This document shows positions 1-11,477 of a stretch of 64,000 nt of DNA, piece by piece. The stretch's first letter is position 1, and each line of letters opens with the position of its first letter. This DNA is from Octopus sinensis. Its lineage: Eukaryota. The stretch covers positions 9,858,001 through 9,922,000 of the forward strand of contig NC_043005.1 of assembly GCF_006345805.1 (NCBI RefSeq), read 5' to 3'. The translations under genes were made by a program, and so were the position numbers. Below the pieces are notes generated by a model. That model saw only the letters and a list, made by a program, of their open reading frames with translations, was not told the DNA's origin and did no database searches.

Positions 1-293
1 TTGCCGAACCGCTAAGTGACGGGGAGGTAAACACACCAGCATCGGTTGTCAAGCAATGCTAGAGGGACAAACACACAAACATATATACACACATACATAT
101 ATATATATATAAATATATATACATATATACGACAGGCTTATTTCAGTTTCCGTCTACCAAATCCACTCACAAGGCATTGGTCGGCCCGGGGCTATAGCAG
201 AAGACACTTGCCCAAGATGCCACGCAGTGGGACTGAACCCGGAACCATGTGGCTGGTTAGCAAGCTACTTACCACACAGCCACTCCTGCGCCT
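1..293 (-). mobile_element. SINE family A (tRNA-derived head, internal microsatellite), truncated by window start
   Basis: Reverse complement of head AGGCGCAGGAGTGGCTGTGTGGTAAGTAGC...GGTTCAGTCCCACTGCG; matches more than 10 other copies in the window. Confidence 0.9.
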
Positions 294-303
294 ATATATA
301 TAT

Positions 304-339
<36 letters not shown>

Positions 340-365
340 GATATATATACTATATATATATATAC

Positions 366-419
<54 letters not shown>

Positions 420-422
<3 letters not shown>

Positions 423-806
423 CGTAGGAGTGGCTGTGTGTAAGTAGTTTGCTTATTAAACACGTGGGTCCGGGTTCAGCTCCACTGCGTGGCACCTTGG
501 GCAAGTGTCTTCTACTATAGCCTCGGGCCGACCAAAGCCTTGTGAGTGGATTTGGTAGACGGAAACTGAAAGAAGCCCGTCGTATATATGTATGTGTGTA
601 TGTTTGTATGTCTGTGCTTGTTCCTCCAACATCGCTTGACAACCGATGTTGGTGTGTTTACGTACTCGTAACTTAATGGTTCGGCAAAAGAAACCGATAG
701 AATAAGTACTAGGCTTACAAAGTATAAGTCCTGGTGTCGATTTGGTCGACTAAAGGCGGTGCTCCAGCATGGTCGCAGTCAAATGACTGAAACAAGTAAA
801 AGAGTA
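420..806 (+). mobile_element. SINE family A, full length
   Basis: GGCGTAGGAGTGGCTGTG head, internal (TA/TG)n, tail ...CAGTCAAATGACTGAAACAAGTAAAAGAGTA. Confidence 0.9.
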
Positions 807-1473
807 TATTTGTCCAGAACCACGCCGGACGCGGAGGAGGAGAGAAAATAGTAATTTAGTGAAGGAGACGTAGTGAGAGTAATAGCCCTAGGTGAGATGA
901 AGTGAGAGAAAATAATAGCAACGAGAGAAACAAAAGGGTGAAAGATGAATAAGGAAGGAAGGGGTGACAAAAATTCAGCGTTTTAACTCTGTGCGAGTAT
1001 ATGTGTATATGTGTGTGCGTGTACAAGGGAAGTATGTGAACGTTAGTATGTGTGATTATTATGTACCTTATTTTTATATAAATTACTACAATTAGCTATC
1101 ATTATTGACGGCACAGGGTCAGATAGTTAACTTTATAAATTATGCATCAAATAATCTTAAATATTTTACGTCTATAATAACTAAACTCTACTCACAATTA
1201 CACTATCCCCAGGAACATTATTACTACTACAACAACTACAAGGGAATACTGAAAACTTCCTGGCTTTGGGTAAAAGAATATACAAGAGGGTCAGTTAATT
1301 ATGATTTTATTCACCATGTTCCCCTCTCAGATTCACACAATTATTATAGCAGTCCTTCAGCTTTTCTAATTCCTGTAAAAGAATTCGGAAGTTTGGGCCT
1401 CCAGCCAAGCCTTTTGCGACACCCAGGATGTTTTCACCACTCACTCGTACAATCATCATCATATATCTACCAT

Positions 1474-1675
1474 AAGGCGGCGAGCTGGTAGAATCGTTAG
1501 CATGCTGGACGAAATGTTTAGCGCTAGGTTCTGAGTTCAAATTCCACCGAAGTTGACTTTACCATTCAACCTTTCGGGGTCGATATATTAAATGCCAGTC
1601 AAATACTAGGTTCGATCTAATCGACTATCCCCCTCCCCTCATATTCCATGCCTTGTGCCTATAGTACTAAATCTA
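1474..1675 (+). mobile_element. SINE family B, diverged copy
   Basis: AAGGCGGCGAGCTGGTAGAATCGTTAGC head and GGGGTCGAT...AATCGAC core. Confidence 0.8.
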
Positions 1676-1776
1676 CTACCGCCATTACGCTTACTACTCT
1701 ACCATCAGAACCACTCTCCTACCACTACAACAATCACAAATGCACTGCACCCGACAGTACTACTGCCACTACTACT

Positions 1777-2185
1777 AAGGCTGGTAGAAACGTTAGCACG
1801 TCGGGCGAAGTGCTTAGCGGTATTTCATCTGCTGCTACGTTCTGAGTTCAAATTCCGTCGAGGTCGACTTGGCCTTTCATCCTTTCGGCATCGATGAAAT
1901 AAATACCAGTTACGCACTGGGGTCGATGTAATCGACTTAATCCGTTTGTCTGTCCTTGTTTGTGCCCTCTATGTTTAGCCCCTTGTGGACAATAAAGAAC
2001 TAGGTATTTCGTCTGCCGCTACATTCTGAGTTCAAATTACGCCGAGGTCGATTTTGCCTTTCCTTCTTTCGCAGTCGATAAATTAAGTACCAGTTACGCA
2101 CTTGGGTCGAGGTAATCGACTTAATCCCTTTGTCTGTCCCTGTTTGTCCCCTCTGTGTTTAGCCCCTTGTGGGCAAAAACGAAAT
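1777..2185 (+). mobile_element. SINE family B dimer
   Basis: One unit plus a second starting GTATTTCGTCTGCC directly after the AAAGAACTAG tail. Confidence 0.85.
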
Positions 2186-2186
2186 A

Positions 2187-2218
<32 letters not shown>

Positions 2219-2219
2219 C

Positions 2220-2283
<64 letters not shown>

Positions 2284-2308
2284 CTTCTTCTTCTTCTTCT
2301 TCTTCTTC
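2186..2308. repeat. Compound trinucleotide microsatellite (TAC)n-(CAC)n-(TAC)n-(TTC)n
   Basis: Seen directly at the SINE B 3' end. Confidence 0.95.
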
Positions 2309-2559
2309 TGGGCAGAACTAACCAGATCTAACAAGCATTAGTACAGATGCCACAATTGTCCTTAATAATATTGCGCAAATTAGGGCTTCAGTTACCGACA
2401 CTACTAACCGTACTTATGAGGAAGCAGCACAAATACCAGTAAAATCCCCAACAACAACAACAAGAACAGCAAAATCACTGCATTCACCAACTCTCTTAAG
2501 ACTATCGTTGCATCTGTTATGCTGATAGAGACTATCGCTTCTATAATCATCATAAACTA

Positions 2560-2941
2560 CCACCATCATGGCTACAGCCATCGGGAGCATCACCAACGGT
2601 ATTATCATTGTCTTCGTCATCGTGATCATGATCATCAACAACACCATCATTATCGTCATTATTATCATCATCAGCATCACCATCATCACCATCGTTATCA
2701 GCGTCGTCGTCGTTGTTGTCGTCATCGTCATCATCGTCATTATCACTATCGTCATCATCATCTTCATGATCATCATCATTACTATCATCATCATTGCCAT
2801 CGTTATCTTCATCATCAGCAACACCATCATCAAGGTCATCATCATGGTCATCATCATCATCATCATCATCATTGCCATCATCATCATCATCATCATCATT
2901 GGCATCATCATCATCATCATCATTGCTATCATCATCATTGC

Positions 2942-2974
<33 letters not shown>

Positions 2975-3001
2975 TACCATCATCATTGGCATCATCATTG
3001 C

Positions 3002-3035
<34 letters not shown>

Positions 3036-3268
3036 GTCATCATCATGGTCATCATCATCATCATCATCATCATCATCGTCATTATTATCATAATCATCAT
3101 CATCATCATTGCTATTATCATCATAACCATCATCATCATCATAACCATCATCATCACCATCATCATCATCATCATCATCATCATTGTTATCATCATAACC
3201 ATCATCATCACCATCATCATCATCATCATCATCATTGCTGCCATCACCAGCTTCATCATCATCATCGT
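2560..3268. repeat. Degenerate (CAT)n microsatellite, about 700 bp
   Basis: Seen directly; source of the poly-His/Ile/Ser/Met pseudo-ORFs. Confidence 0.95.
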
Positions 3269-3564
3269 CTCTACTTAAACGTCTGAAGTCAACTCACTTC
3301 AACGAACGAGACAGAGACAGGCGTTTGTATTGAAGTCATATTTCTGCTTCTTATGCAGAAAACCAGAAACGATGGCGGCCGGAAAATTGTTACGTTGCCA
3401 ATGACTTGAATTTTATTCTATAGCTTAGAGTTCAACCGGAATTAGCTGAAGTGGTCTTAAATAGGAGAAACTATATGTTGAAAATTTTTTTTTTCCTTTT
3501 GCGGCTTCTTTCTCTTCTCTCTCCCTACTGCTCTTACTCCGCAAACGCACACACGCTGATGCAT

Positions 3565-3745
3565 ATTCATATATATATATATATATATATATTTATACAT
3601 GTATATATATATATATATACATATATATGTATGTGTATATGTATATACATATATATGTATGTGCATATGTATATATATATATACATATATATATATATAC
3701 ATATATATACACATACATATATACATATATACATATATATACATA

Positions 3746-3776
<31 letters not shown>

Positions 3777-4047
3777 CATACTTATATATGTACATATATA
3801 TATATACATATCTATACACACATATATATATACATACTTATATATGTACATATATACATATATATATACATACATATATGCATATATATATGTGTATATA
3901 TATATTATATATATATATATGTATATACATATGTATATACATATGTATTTAGATGTATGTATATATATATGTGTGTATATATATATATATACATACATAC
4001 ATATATATGTATATATATATATGTATATAGATGTATATATAAGTGTG

Positions 4048-4084
<37 letters not shown>

Positions 4085-4240
4085 TCTTCCATTTAAATTC
4101 TCTAACGATGTCTGGTTTGTAAAATCTAAACTTTATATCATTAGAAATAACTAAATGCGTGTCTTTATGTGTGTATGTTTGCATACGAGTGAGTATATAT
4201 GCGTACATATGTACATATATATATATGTATATATATATTT
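3565..4240. repeat. (TA)n/(TACA)n low-complexity block
   Basis: Seen directly. Confidence 0.95.
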
Positions 4241-5060
4241 CTCTTACGGTCTCGTCATATATGTGTGTGATTGTGCAAATACGTACATGTGTCTATATGT
4301 ATGTATACGTGCTTATCTACTTAACTGCCTATTAGTGTCACTTCCAAATATACGTTGATATTTTGCACGCGAACTCATACTCACACATTCACAGGCATTC
4401 ACAACAGCACCCACCAGCACCTGCACCACACATATACACACACGACCGCTGTATTTCTTTCTTCCCCATTTCCTCTACCTCTATTACTCTTCATTTATCG
4501 TAACTAGACATTTTTTTTTTCAGTATAAGAAGCGGGGAAGCAATGGCGTCCATCATTAGAAAGTTAAGCAGTCGCAGTTCCAAAGACATGTTGAAATGAT
4601 CTAATGAACTTCACCATATATTTCAGACAAGTAAAATCATAAAATCTGGCCAATCTTGTTCCACTTGAGGGTTTCTTCTTACGTTAAAAATAAATATGTT
4701 ACTGTTTATAATGTTTTTATAACTGTGTGATCATGATGAGATTTTGTTTTTGTTTTTACGTTTTAACTTGCCGTTTAGTATGTATTAGTATTTCTGATAT
4801 ATTTTGATACTTTGCCAGTTTTCTTTCAGTTTCGTTCGTTTGTTTGTTTGCTGTGTTTTACATAAAGTATCTAAGATGACTAATAGTTTTAAATAATGGT
4901 TAAGTCAAATAAGTAAATAAGTGATGTGTAATGGGGACTCAATGTTAGAAACTCAAATGTATGCAGAGACATAGACACCAGCTCATATACGCTGCGTCTA
5001 TACCCCACACAACACACACACACATATGTATGTATCTCGTCTATGAACCTATACATGTAC

Positions 5061-5094
<34 letters not shown>

Positions 5095-5444
5095 GGGGGA
5101 GATGATATCGTCTATGTGCCTATATATATATATATATATCACCTTGACCGACAAGTCCGTCAGGCGTCCATTTGATACCGTTGGTCACATCACGCTGTCC
5201 TCTCCTCTCTGGATCGCGCCTTTCTCGTCCACGTGATCCCAATCGTCCTCCTGAAATCGTAACTCCACCGTCGTGGAGGTCTTCTGGGTGGACCTCCACG
5301 ACGCTGGAGTTACGATTATACATATATATATGTTAGAAATAATGAATTTCTAAATGTCTCAACGAGCCATGAACGGTGGTGGAGCGATAGAGTGGTTGTA
5401 TAAAATCAACTTGATCCTTTTTTTTTTTTTACATATTAAATTTC

Positions 5445-5875
5445 ACAGACAAATAACACAATCTTCCCTGTAGTACAATATCCAACTTTTCACCGGTCGG
5501 TAATTCTACCGTTTCCGGTATTTCCTGATAGTATTCCTCGGTTATGGCGCAAACTGCTTCAATTTCATAACCCCAAAAATTCAAACATTGTGATTTACTT
5601 ACTGTTAGAACATTTAACTTTGTACTTCCTTTCTTCAAGTTCTCTCCAAAGATTCCCACTATTACCCATTCTGGCTCTATTATGGGTGGGATTCTTCCAA
5701 CTCTAATTCTCACCAACTTTTTTCCTGGTTTTTCGGGAATGAGAGTCCACCTATTTCCTTCTATCACTTGGTCATTCTTCTTTGCCGCCTCCACATTTTC
5801 AGATGTAATACTTATCGTGCCGTATTGGCTTCCTCTATTTATGAAAACCACTCTATCCACACAGCACAAAACCAT
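5445..5875 (-). pseudogene. LINE ORF1 (gag-like, L1/Tx1-type) fragment
   Basis: ORF 5429-5875 contains VRIRVGRIPP...EIPETVELPTGEKLDIVLQGR, resembling the RRM-to-zinc-knuckle region of L1/Tx1-clade ORF1; truncated before the knuckle. Confidence 0.55.
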
Positions 5876-6521
5876 TGTTTCTATTTTTTTTTAAATATGA
5901 ATTGAACTGTAAATGAACTGAGAATTGAACTTGTGTTATTTGTCTGTGAAATTTAATATGTAAAAAAAAAAGGAAAAAGTAACGACTGGAAAAAAAAAAG
6001 ATAAAATAGTAGAAGAAAATACAAAGACTAATGTGAACATTTAATGATAAATTTTACGATATTGATAAGAAGACCATCGCGGTTTCGCCTCACAGTGAGA
6101 CCCGATGGTATTGAGAATTAATGTGAAAAAATTCACTGTTCGTCTCACAGCAGGAGTGAGTCGAACAGCTTCATTCTCATTAATTATTAATCACTCCATC
6201 AATCATACATCATTTGTTTTATGTTCCCGTTTTGTCTTGTTTTGTCCCTCTATGTAATCAGGTCATTGTGCCAATAATAAAGAGAAAAGGACACGCTACC
6301 CTGAACTGATGAAGGGCAATACCCAGAAACATGCATGTAATCAGGTTGCTGTTCCTAGCTGGTGGGGGTGCTTGCCTCCCCTTTGCGAATATAAGGCCGG
6401 CAGGAAGCGTCGATGCTTCCTGGGGCTCTATAGCGGTGATGTAGTTCCCTCTACAGGACTGTCACGTTTTGTTGACAACACTTCACACACATATATATAT
6501 ATATATATGAACTCCTGATAT

Positions 6522-6559
<38 letters not shown>

Positions 6560-6564
<5 letters not shown>

Positions 6565-7155
6565 GAAATATGTTACAAAAAGAAAATAGAAACTACACGT
6601 GGAAATGTAAGGGGAAAGTAAGAAGAAAAATAAACGAAAAAGCACATTGGAAATCAAACAAAGTAAAGGCTATTTCATGGAAAGTAACGATAGATATATA
6701 CAATTAGATGAAATGAGGTTGGAACAAAAGTAATAAAAGTCATTATTGGTAATTGTTGAAGAGATTCAAAAGCATACCGGTTTCGTGAATTTACTAATCA
6801 TTGCTTTGAATACACACCGATTAATGAACGGTGTCATGTCTGCTTATCCCTGAGTAAAACGATTATGTGAATCCCTTTGTCGCTCATGAATAGTTAGACC
6901 AATAACCTGGTGTAGAACTCAATACGTGTGTGGTCCGGAACACATTGTTAGATGAATATAAAATGGTAATAGAAACAAAGAGATGACACCAGAGAGAACG
7001 AATATTACGTAATGGACTTCATTAGCTTACAGCTGTTTCTGCTATAAGATTTGGTGGACTCTTAATTGAATATCCGGAGAACATCCTAGAGCTTCATCAG
7101 AACCTTGAATATGAAGTGCACTTTATTTGGGGAAGTCACATTTTCAGAACATATA
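6560..7155 (-). mobile_element. Penelope-like element fragment with hammerhead-bearing pseudo-LTR
   Basis: Hammerhead core at 7023-7105 on the minus strand; boundaries approximate. Confidence 0.5.
7023..7105 (-). ncRNA. Type I hammerhead ribozyme (near intact)
   Basis: Minus strand GUU-CUGAUGA-A-GCUCUAGGA..UCUUAUAGC-A-GAAAC-AGCU-GUA-AGC; palindromic stem III; predicted cleavage after GUA (7028/7027). Confidence 0.6.
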
Positions 7156-7162
7156 TACTGTT

Positions 7163-7590
7163 TACTCTTTACTCTTTTTACTCTTATACTTGTTTCAGAC
7201 ATTTGACTGAGGCCATGCTGGAGCACCACCTTTAGTCGAGCAAATCGACCCCAGGACTTAATCTTTGTAAGACTAGTACTTATTCTATAGGTATCTTTTG
7301 CCGAACCGCTAAGTTATGGGAACGTAAACACAACAATATCGGTTGTCAAGCGATGTTTGGTGGGGGTGGGGGGACAAACACAGACACACAAACATATACA
7401 CACACATACATATATATACATACATACGGCAGGCTTCTTTCATTTTCCTTCTACCAAATCCATTCACAAGGATTTGGTCGGCCCAAGACTGTAGTAAAAG
7501 ACACTTGCCCAAAGTGCCAGGCAGTGGGACTGAACCCGGAACCATGTGGTTGTTAAGCAAGCTACTTACTACACAGCCACTCCTACGCCT
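7163..7590 (-). mobile_element. SINE family A, full length
   Basis: Head at 7590, (GAGTAAA)n tail at 7163. Confidence 0.9.
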
Positions 7591-7804
7591 ATACACACAC
7601 ACAGACATATCGCTTGTGTTTATAACAATATACACGTATTCTTTTTGGCGACATACTATTAATCATGACTCGGAATTTCAAAGGTGTTCTATTCTTTTCA
7701 GTTTCTTGCAATTTACGTGGAAATGAAAAGTCCCATTTACGCGTAAAATCATCTTAAGTTTGCCTCCACTGGTATCCTTTCCGAGTCCATTGGCTAGATT
7801 TTAA

Positions 7805-8310
7805 TTTTTTTTTTCCCTCTAGTTTCAGCTCAGAGCTGCGGCCATGCTGATGCACCGCCATTTTGTGCTACACTGTTATTGCGAAGAACCTCGTCTAATA
7901 CGTGGCACTTGGTGAAGAATGGAGTTTGATATAGCTACTCTCATTTGCACCTCTTGCCGTGAGGTAGGTTCATCTGGGACTCTTGACAGGAAGATGTCCA
8001 GCTTTGATTTAAAAACTGCTACATCTACTTTGTGCAAGTTCCTCAGACTCTTTGGGAGAATATTAAAAAGCTGTGGGCCCTTGAAACCCAGGCTGTTGCA
8101 GAAGCTGGTCCTGAAGCGTGATGGCATTGCTGGGATCTTTAGCACTATGCAGTGTCGTCCCGTTCTAGCATTGGTGTAGCTTACAATGCCAAAATTTGGC
8201 ACACTTCCTTCCAGGAACAATAAATTAGAATAAGTGAATCACTTTCCTTAAACATCCTTATTTCAGTGTTTCTCCTTCTCTCCAGCTTTGGGCTATACTA
8301 GTCTTGGAGC
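7805..8310 (-). mobile_element. CR1-like LINE 3' fragment (ORF2 C-terminus plus 3' tail)
   Basis: YSxxLERRR..., KGPQLFNILPKSLRNL...FKSKLDIFLSRVPDEP...SNSILHQ, then a short 3' UTR stem-loop and A-rich tail. Confidence 0.75.
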
Positions 8311-9165
8311 ACTTTGAATAAAAAGATAAAAATTAGTGGCGCATTTCATATGAGCAGTTGAATACAAAGATGGTTTATAGTAAGAAATATAGGAAAATAT
8401 AAAGTAAATATTATTTATCTTGGTTCATTCGTCCTTCGTGTATATTAATTCCACTGTGATTAATCCGTTAATCAATATGTTCAACCATTTTTACGGATTT
8501 TCTAAAATAAGTTTAATTTATACTTTTAACAACAGCAGAGGGCCTAGATACCCCTTGCGGTGCACTTTTCAGAAACGACTGATCTAACGTAAATACTATA
8601 TCCACTTGTAGTCTATAGTCTGTAGATTGTAGATTTCCTTCTATCCTCAGAAATCAGAACTAAAACACCTCCTGTTCAGAAAGGGGTCCTATACTTCGTG
8701 CGGTTCTCAAACGATTCATGTCAAAAGCAATAAAGAAGCTATTTGATGGTCCCGTGTAGCTTCCGGATTCGAGATACACATATTCTGTAAGTCTGCTGAA
8801 CGACGAGATGTAGCTCTCAGATATATTATTTTATCTGTATCTTGCTTGTATCTGTATGGGAAACATACTGCTCACTCCAGCAGAAAATCCTATGGCAATG
8901 CTGTGCGCCAGTCTCAACTACCAGGGTTGTGAGTTAGCTGAATCGTTAGAGCGTTGGACAACGCATTTTTCTGTATTCAGATACCTTCTTTGTTCATATC
9001 CGACCAATGTAAATTTTTTCCCTTCTTTCTTCTGAGTTCGATAAAATGAAGTACCGGCCAACTACAGAGATCAATATAAAGAGCAGTTTATTTTCGACCA
9101 GAAATTTCTCTAAGATATAATGGTGGCAGAAACATTAGAGTCCACCAAAATACTTTGGCAGTATC

Positions 9166-9321
9166 TCTTTTCTCTGTCTCTTTTACTTGTTTCAGTCATT
9201 TCACTGCGGCCATGCTGGAGCACCACCTTTAATCGAGCAACTCGACCCCGGGACTTATTCTTTTGTAAGCCCAGTACTTATTCTATCGGTCTCTTTTGCC
9301 GAACCGCTAAGTAACGGGGAC

Positions 9322-9356
<35 letters not shown>

Positions 9357-9801
9357 TTTTTTCTTTCTCTCCCGTCTGTCTTGATAGACAATGGGTCGCG
9401 CCAAGGGTGGGGCCTACTTTGATGATGAGCAGCGTCTGCTGTGACTGAACAGTCCAATTATAGAGTGGCAGTCCCTGGTACAGTTGCTGCACACGAACAT
9501 CGATGGGTACGTGTGGGGTGTTGCTGCAGTTGTCCTCCTCCTGTCCCGCCTGTCCGACCACAGCTGTGCTCTCCTTTCCTCAGCCATGGAAACGCCTTTC
9601 CTCACTGTATATATACATATATATATATATACATATATAGGACGGGCTTCTTTCAGTTTCCGTCTACCAAATCCACTCACAAGGCTTTGGTCGGCCAGAG
9701 GCTATAGTAGAAGACACTTGCCCAAGGTGCCACGCAGTGGAACTGAACCCGGAACCATGTGGTTCGTAAGCAAGCTACTTACCACACAGCCACTCCTGCG
9801 C
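9166..9801 (-). mobile_element. SINE family A interrupted by an RTE fragment
   Basis: Tail 9166-9323 and head 9640-9801. Confidence 0.85.
9355..9610 (-). mobile_element. RTE LINE 3' fragment
   Basis: FVCSNCTRDCHSIIGLFSHSRRC C-terminal zinc-finger-like motif, then an RTE-type short 3' UTR. Confidence 0.8.
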
Positions 9802-10457
9802 CATCTATTCCTACATTTTGCATTTGCTTTCGGACTTCCTTAACTTTGCATTTAGTCCGGTCGAGATTGGTAGCATAGATTCCAGTCACGTTCCTAGGTC
9901 AGTTTAATCAATTGTTCTCTCCCTCAAATTTCTGATCTTGTACTGATTTTATAAATTATTTCCATTTCTAGTTTATTTCTTTAAGTCAAAATATTCTGGT
10001 AGCGGCAACAGCAGACTGGAACCAGCGAGAACATGATAACGTTAATTTGCAATTTCGATTAGTAGCATGCAAGTCATAATAGCATTGAGCTTGGAGGGCG
10101 ATTGAGCTTTTACGTATTCATACGATCTGCTAGAAATACCAGCCTAGTCTGTAACTTTTACCGAATCATTTAACAGATACATGAATAAACATACAAGATG
10201 GTGCTGTCAATGATTTAATGCTAATGTAGCTCTCTAATTATGATAATTGATACTAATAGTGATGTTAAGTTTGGTTGAAGAGTTGTCATCTTCAAAGATA
10301 TTGATGACTTGAAATTGCAGCTGAGTATGAGATTAAGTCTTCAACAATGGTTATTTTTGTCACATTATGTTGTGTGTTCAAAACCCACAGATACCAAATT
10401 TATCATCCATCATCACCGGGGTCAATAGAATAATTACCTAGAATACACCGGAGTCAT

Positions 10458-10879
10458 AGGCACAGGAGTGGCTGTGTTGTAAGTAGCTTGCTTACCAACC
10501 ACATGGTTCCGGGTTCAGTCCCACTACGTGGCATGTTGGGCAAGTGTCTTCTACTATAGCCTCAGTCCAACCAAAGCCTTGTGAGCGGAATTGGTAGACA
10601 GAAACTGAAAGAAGCCTGTCGTATATATGTATATGTATATATATATATGTGTGTGTGGTTGTTTGTGTGTCTGTGTTTGTCCCCCTAGCATTGCTTGACA
10701 ACCGATGCTGGTGTGTCTACGTCGCCGTCACTTAGCGGTTCGGCAAAAGTGATCGATAGAATAAGTACTGGGCTTACAAAGAATAAGTCCTGGGGTCGAT
10801 TTGCTCGACTAAATGCGGTGCTCCAGCATGGCCGCAGTCAAATGACTGAAACAAATAAAAGAGTAAAAGAGTAAAGAGT
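10458..10879 (+). mobile_element. SINE family A, full length
   Basis: Head, microsatellite and GAGTAAAA tail. Confidence 0.9.
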
Positions 10880-10942
10880 CAATTGTTTTGAGCAATCTCT
10901 CACTCAGATGCTTGTAACATTATGCCAATTTTAGTAATCACA

Positions 10943-11272
10943 AGGTCGATGTAGCCTTTCATCCTTTCGGGGTCGATTAAATAAGTACCAGTTACGCACT
11001 GGGGCTCGATATAATCGACTGAATACGTTTGCCTGTCCTTGTTTGTCCCCTCTGTGTTTAGCCCATTGTGGGTAGTAAAGAAATAGGTATTTCGTCTGCC
11101 GCTACGTTCTGAGTTCAAATTCCACGGAGGTCGACTTTGCCTTTCATCTTTTCGGGGTCTATAAATTAAGTACCTGTTACGCACTGGGGGTCGATATAAT
11201 CGACTGAATACTTTTGCCTGTCCTTGTTTGTCCCCTCTATGTTTAGCCCCTTGTGGGCAATAAAGAAATATG
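10943..11272 (+). mobile_element. SINE family B dimer (5' truncated)
   Basis: Junction AAAGAAATAG|GTATTTCG near 11087. Confidence 0.85.
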
Positions 11273-11477
11273 TAATAACAACAAATTGTCCAAATAAACT
11301 ACGTTTGGTACTTTGTTCTTCTTTTATGATAATCTCAAACATTATTGAGCATGCGCACTTATGTTTCAGGCCATTCCAGTCACGAAGAACCCGTTTGTAT
11401 CTGGAAATACCTTCTTCATAGCTTTTCTTTAATGAAACTTGAGGGATAGTATTAAGGCAGAATTTCAGTACCATTTA

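Noticed and set aside
46-315. Recurrent peptide RLPNPLTRLWSARGYSRRHLPK in many ORFs
   Set aside because: Chance frame of SINE A, not a protein family
2414-3286. Long poly-His, poly-Met, poly-Ile and poly-Ser ORFs
   Set aside because: All are frames of the (CAT)n microsatellite; no splice signals or unique coding context
3451-4208. YI/IY-rich ORFs here and at 14.4, 19.2, 41.2, 47.4 and 57 kb
   Set aside because: Translations of (TA)n/(TG)n tracts
6075-6100. Hammerhead-like CUG-UGAG..GAAAC..GUC on the minus strand
   Set aside because: Core lacks a nucleotide of CUGANGA and stem I does not form
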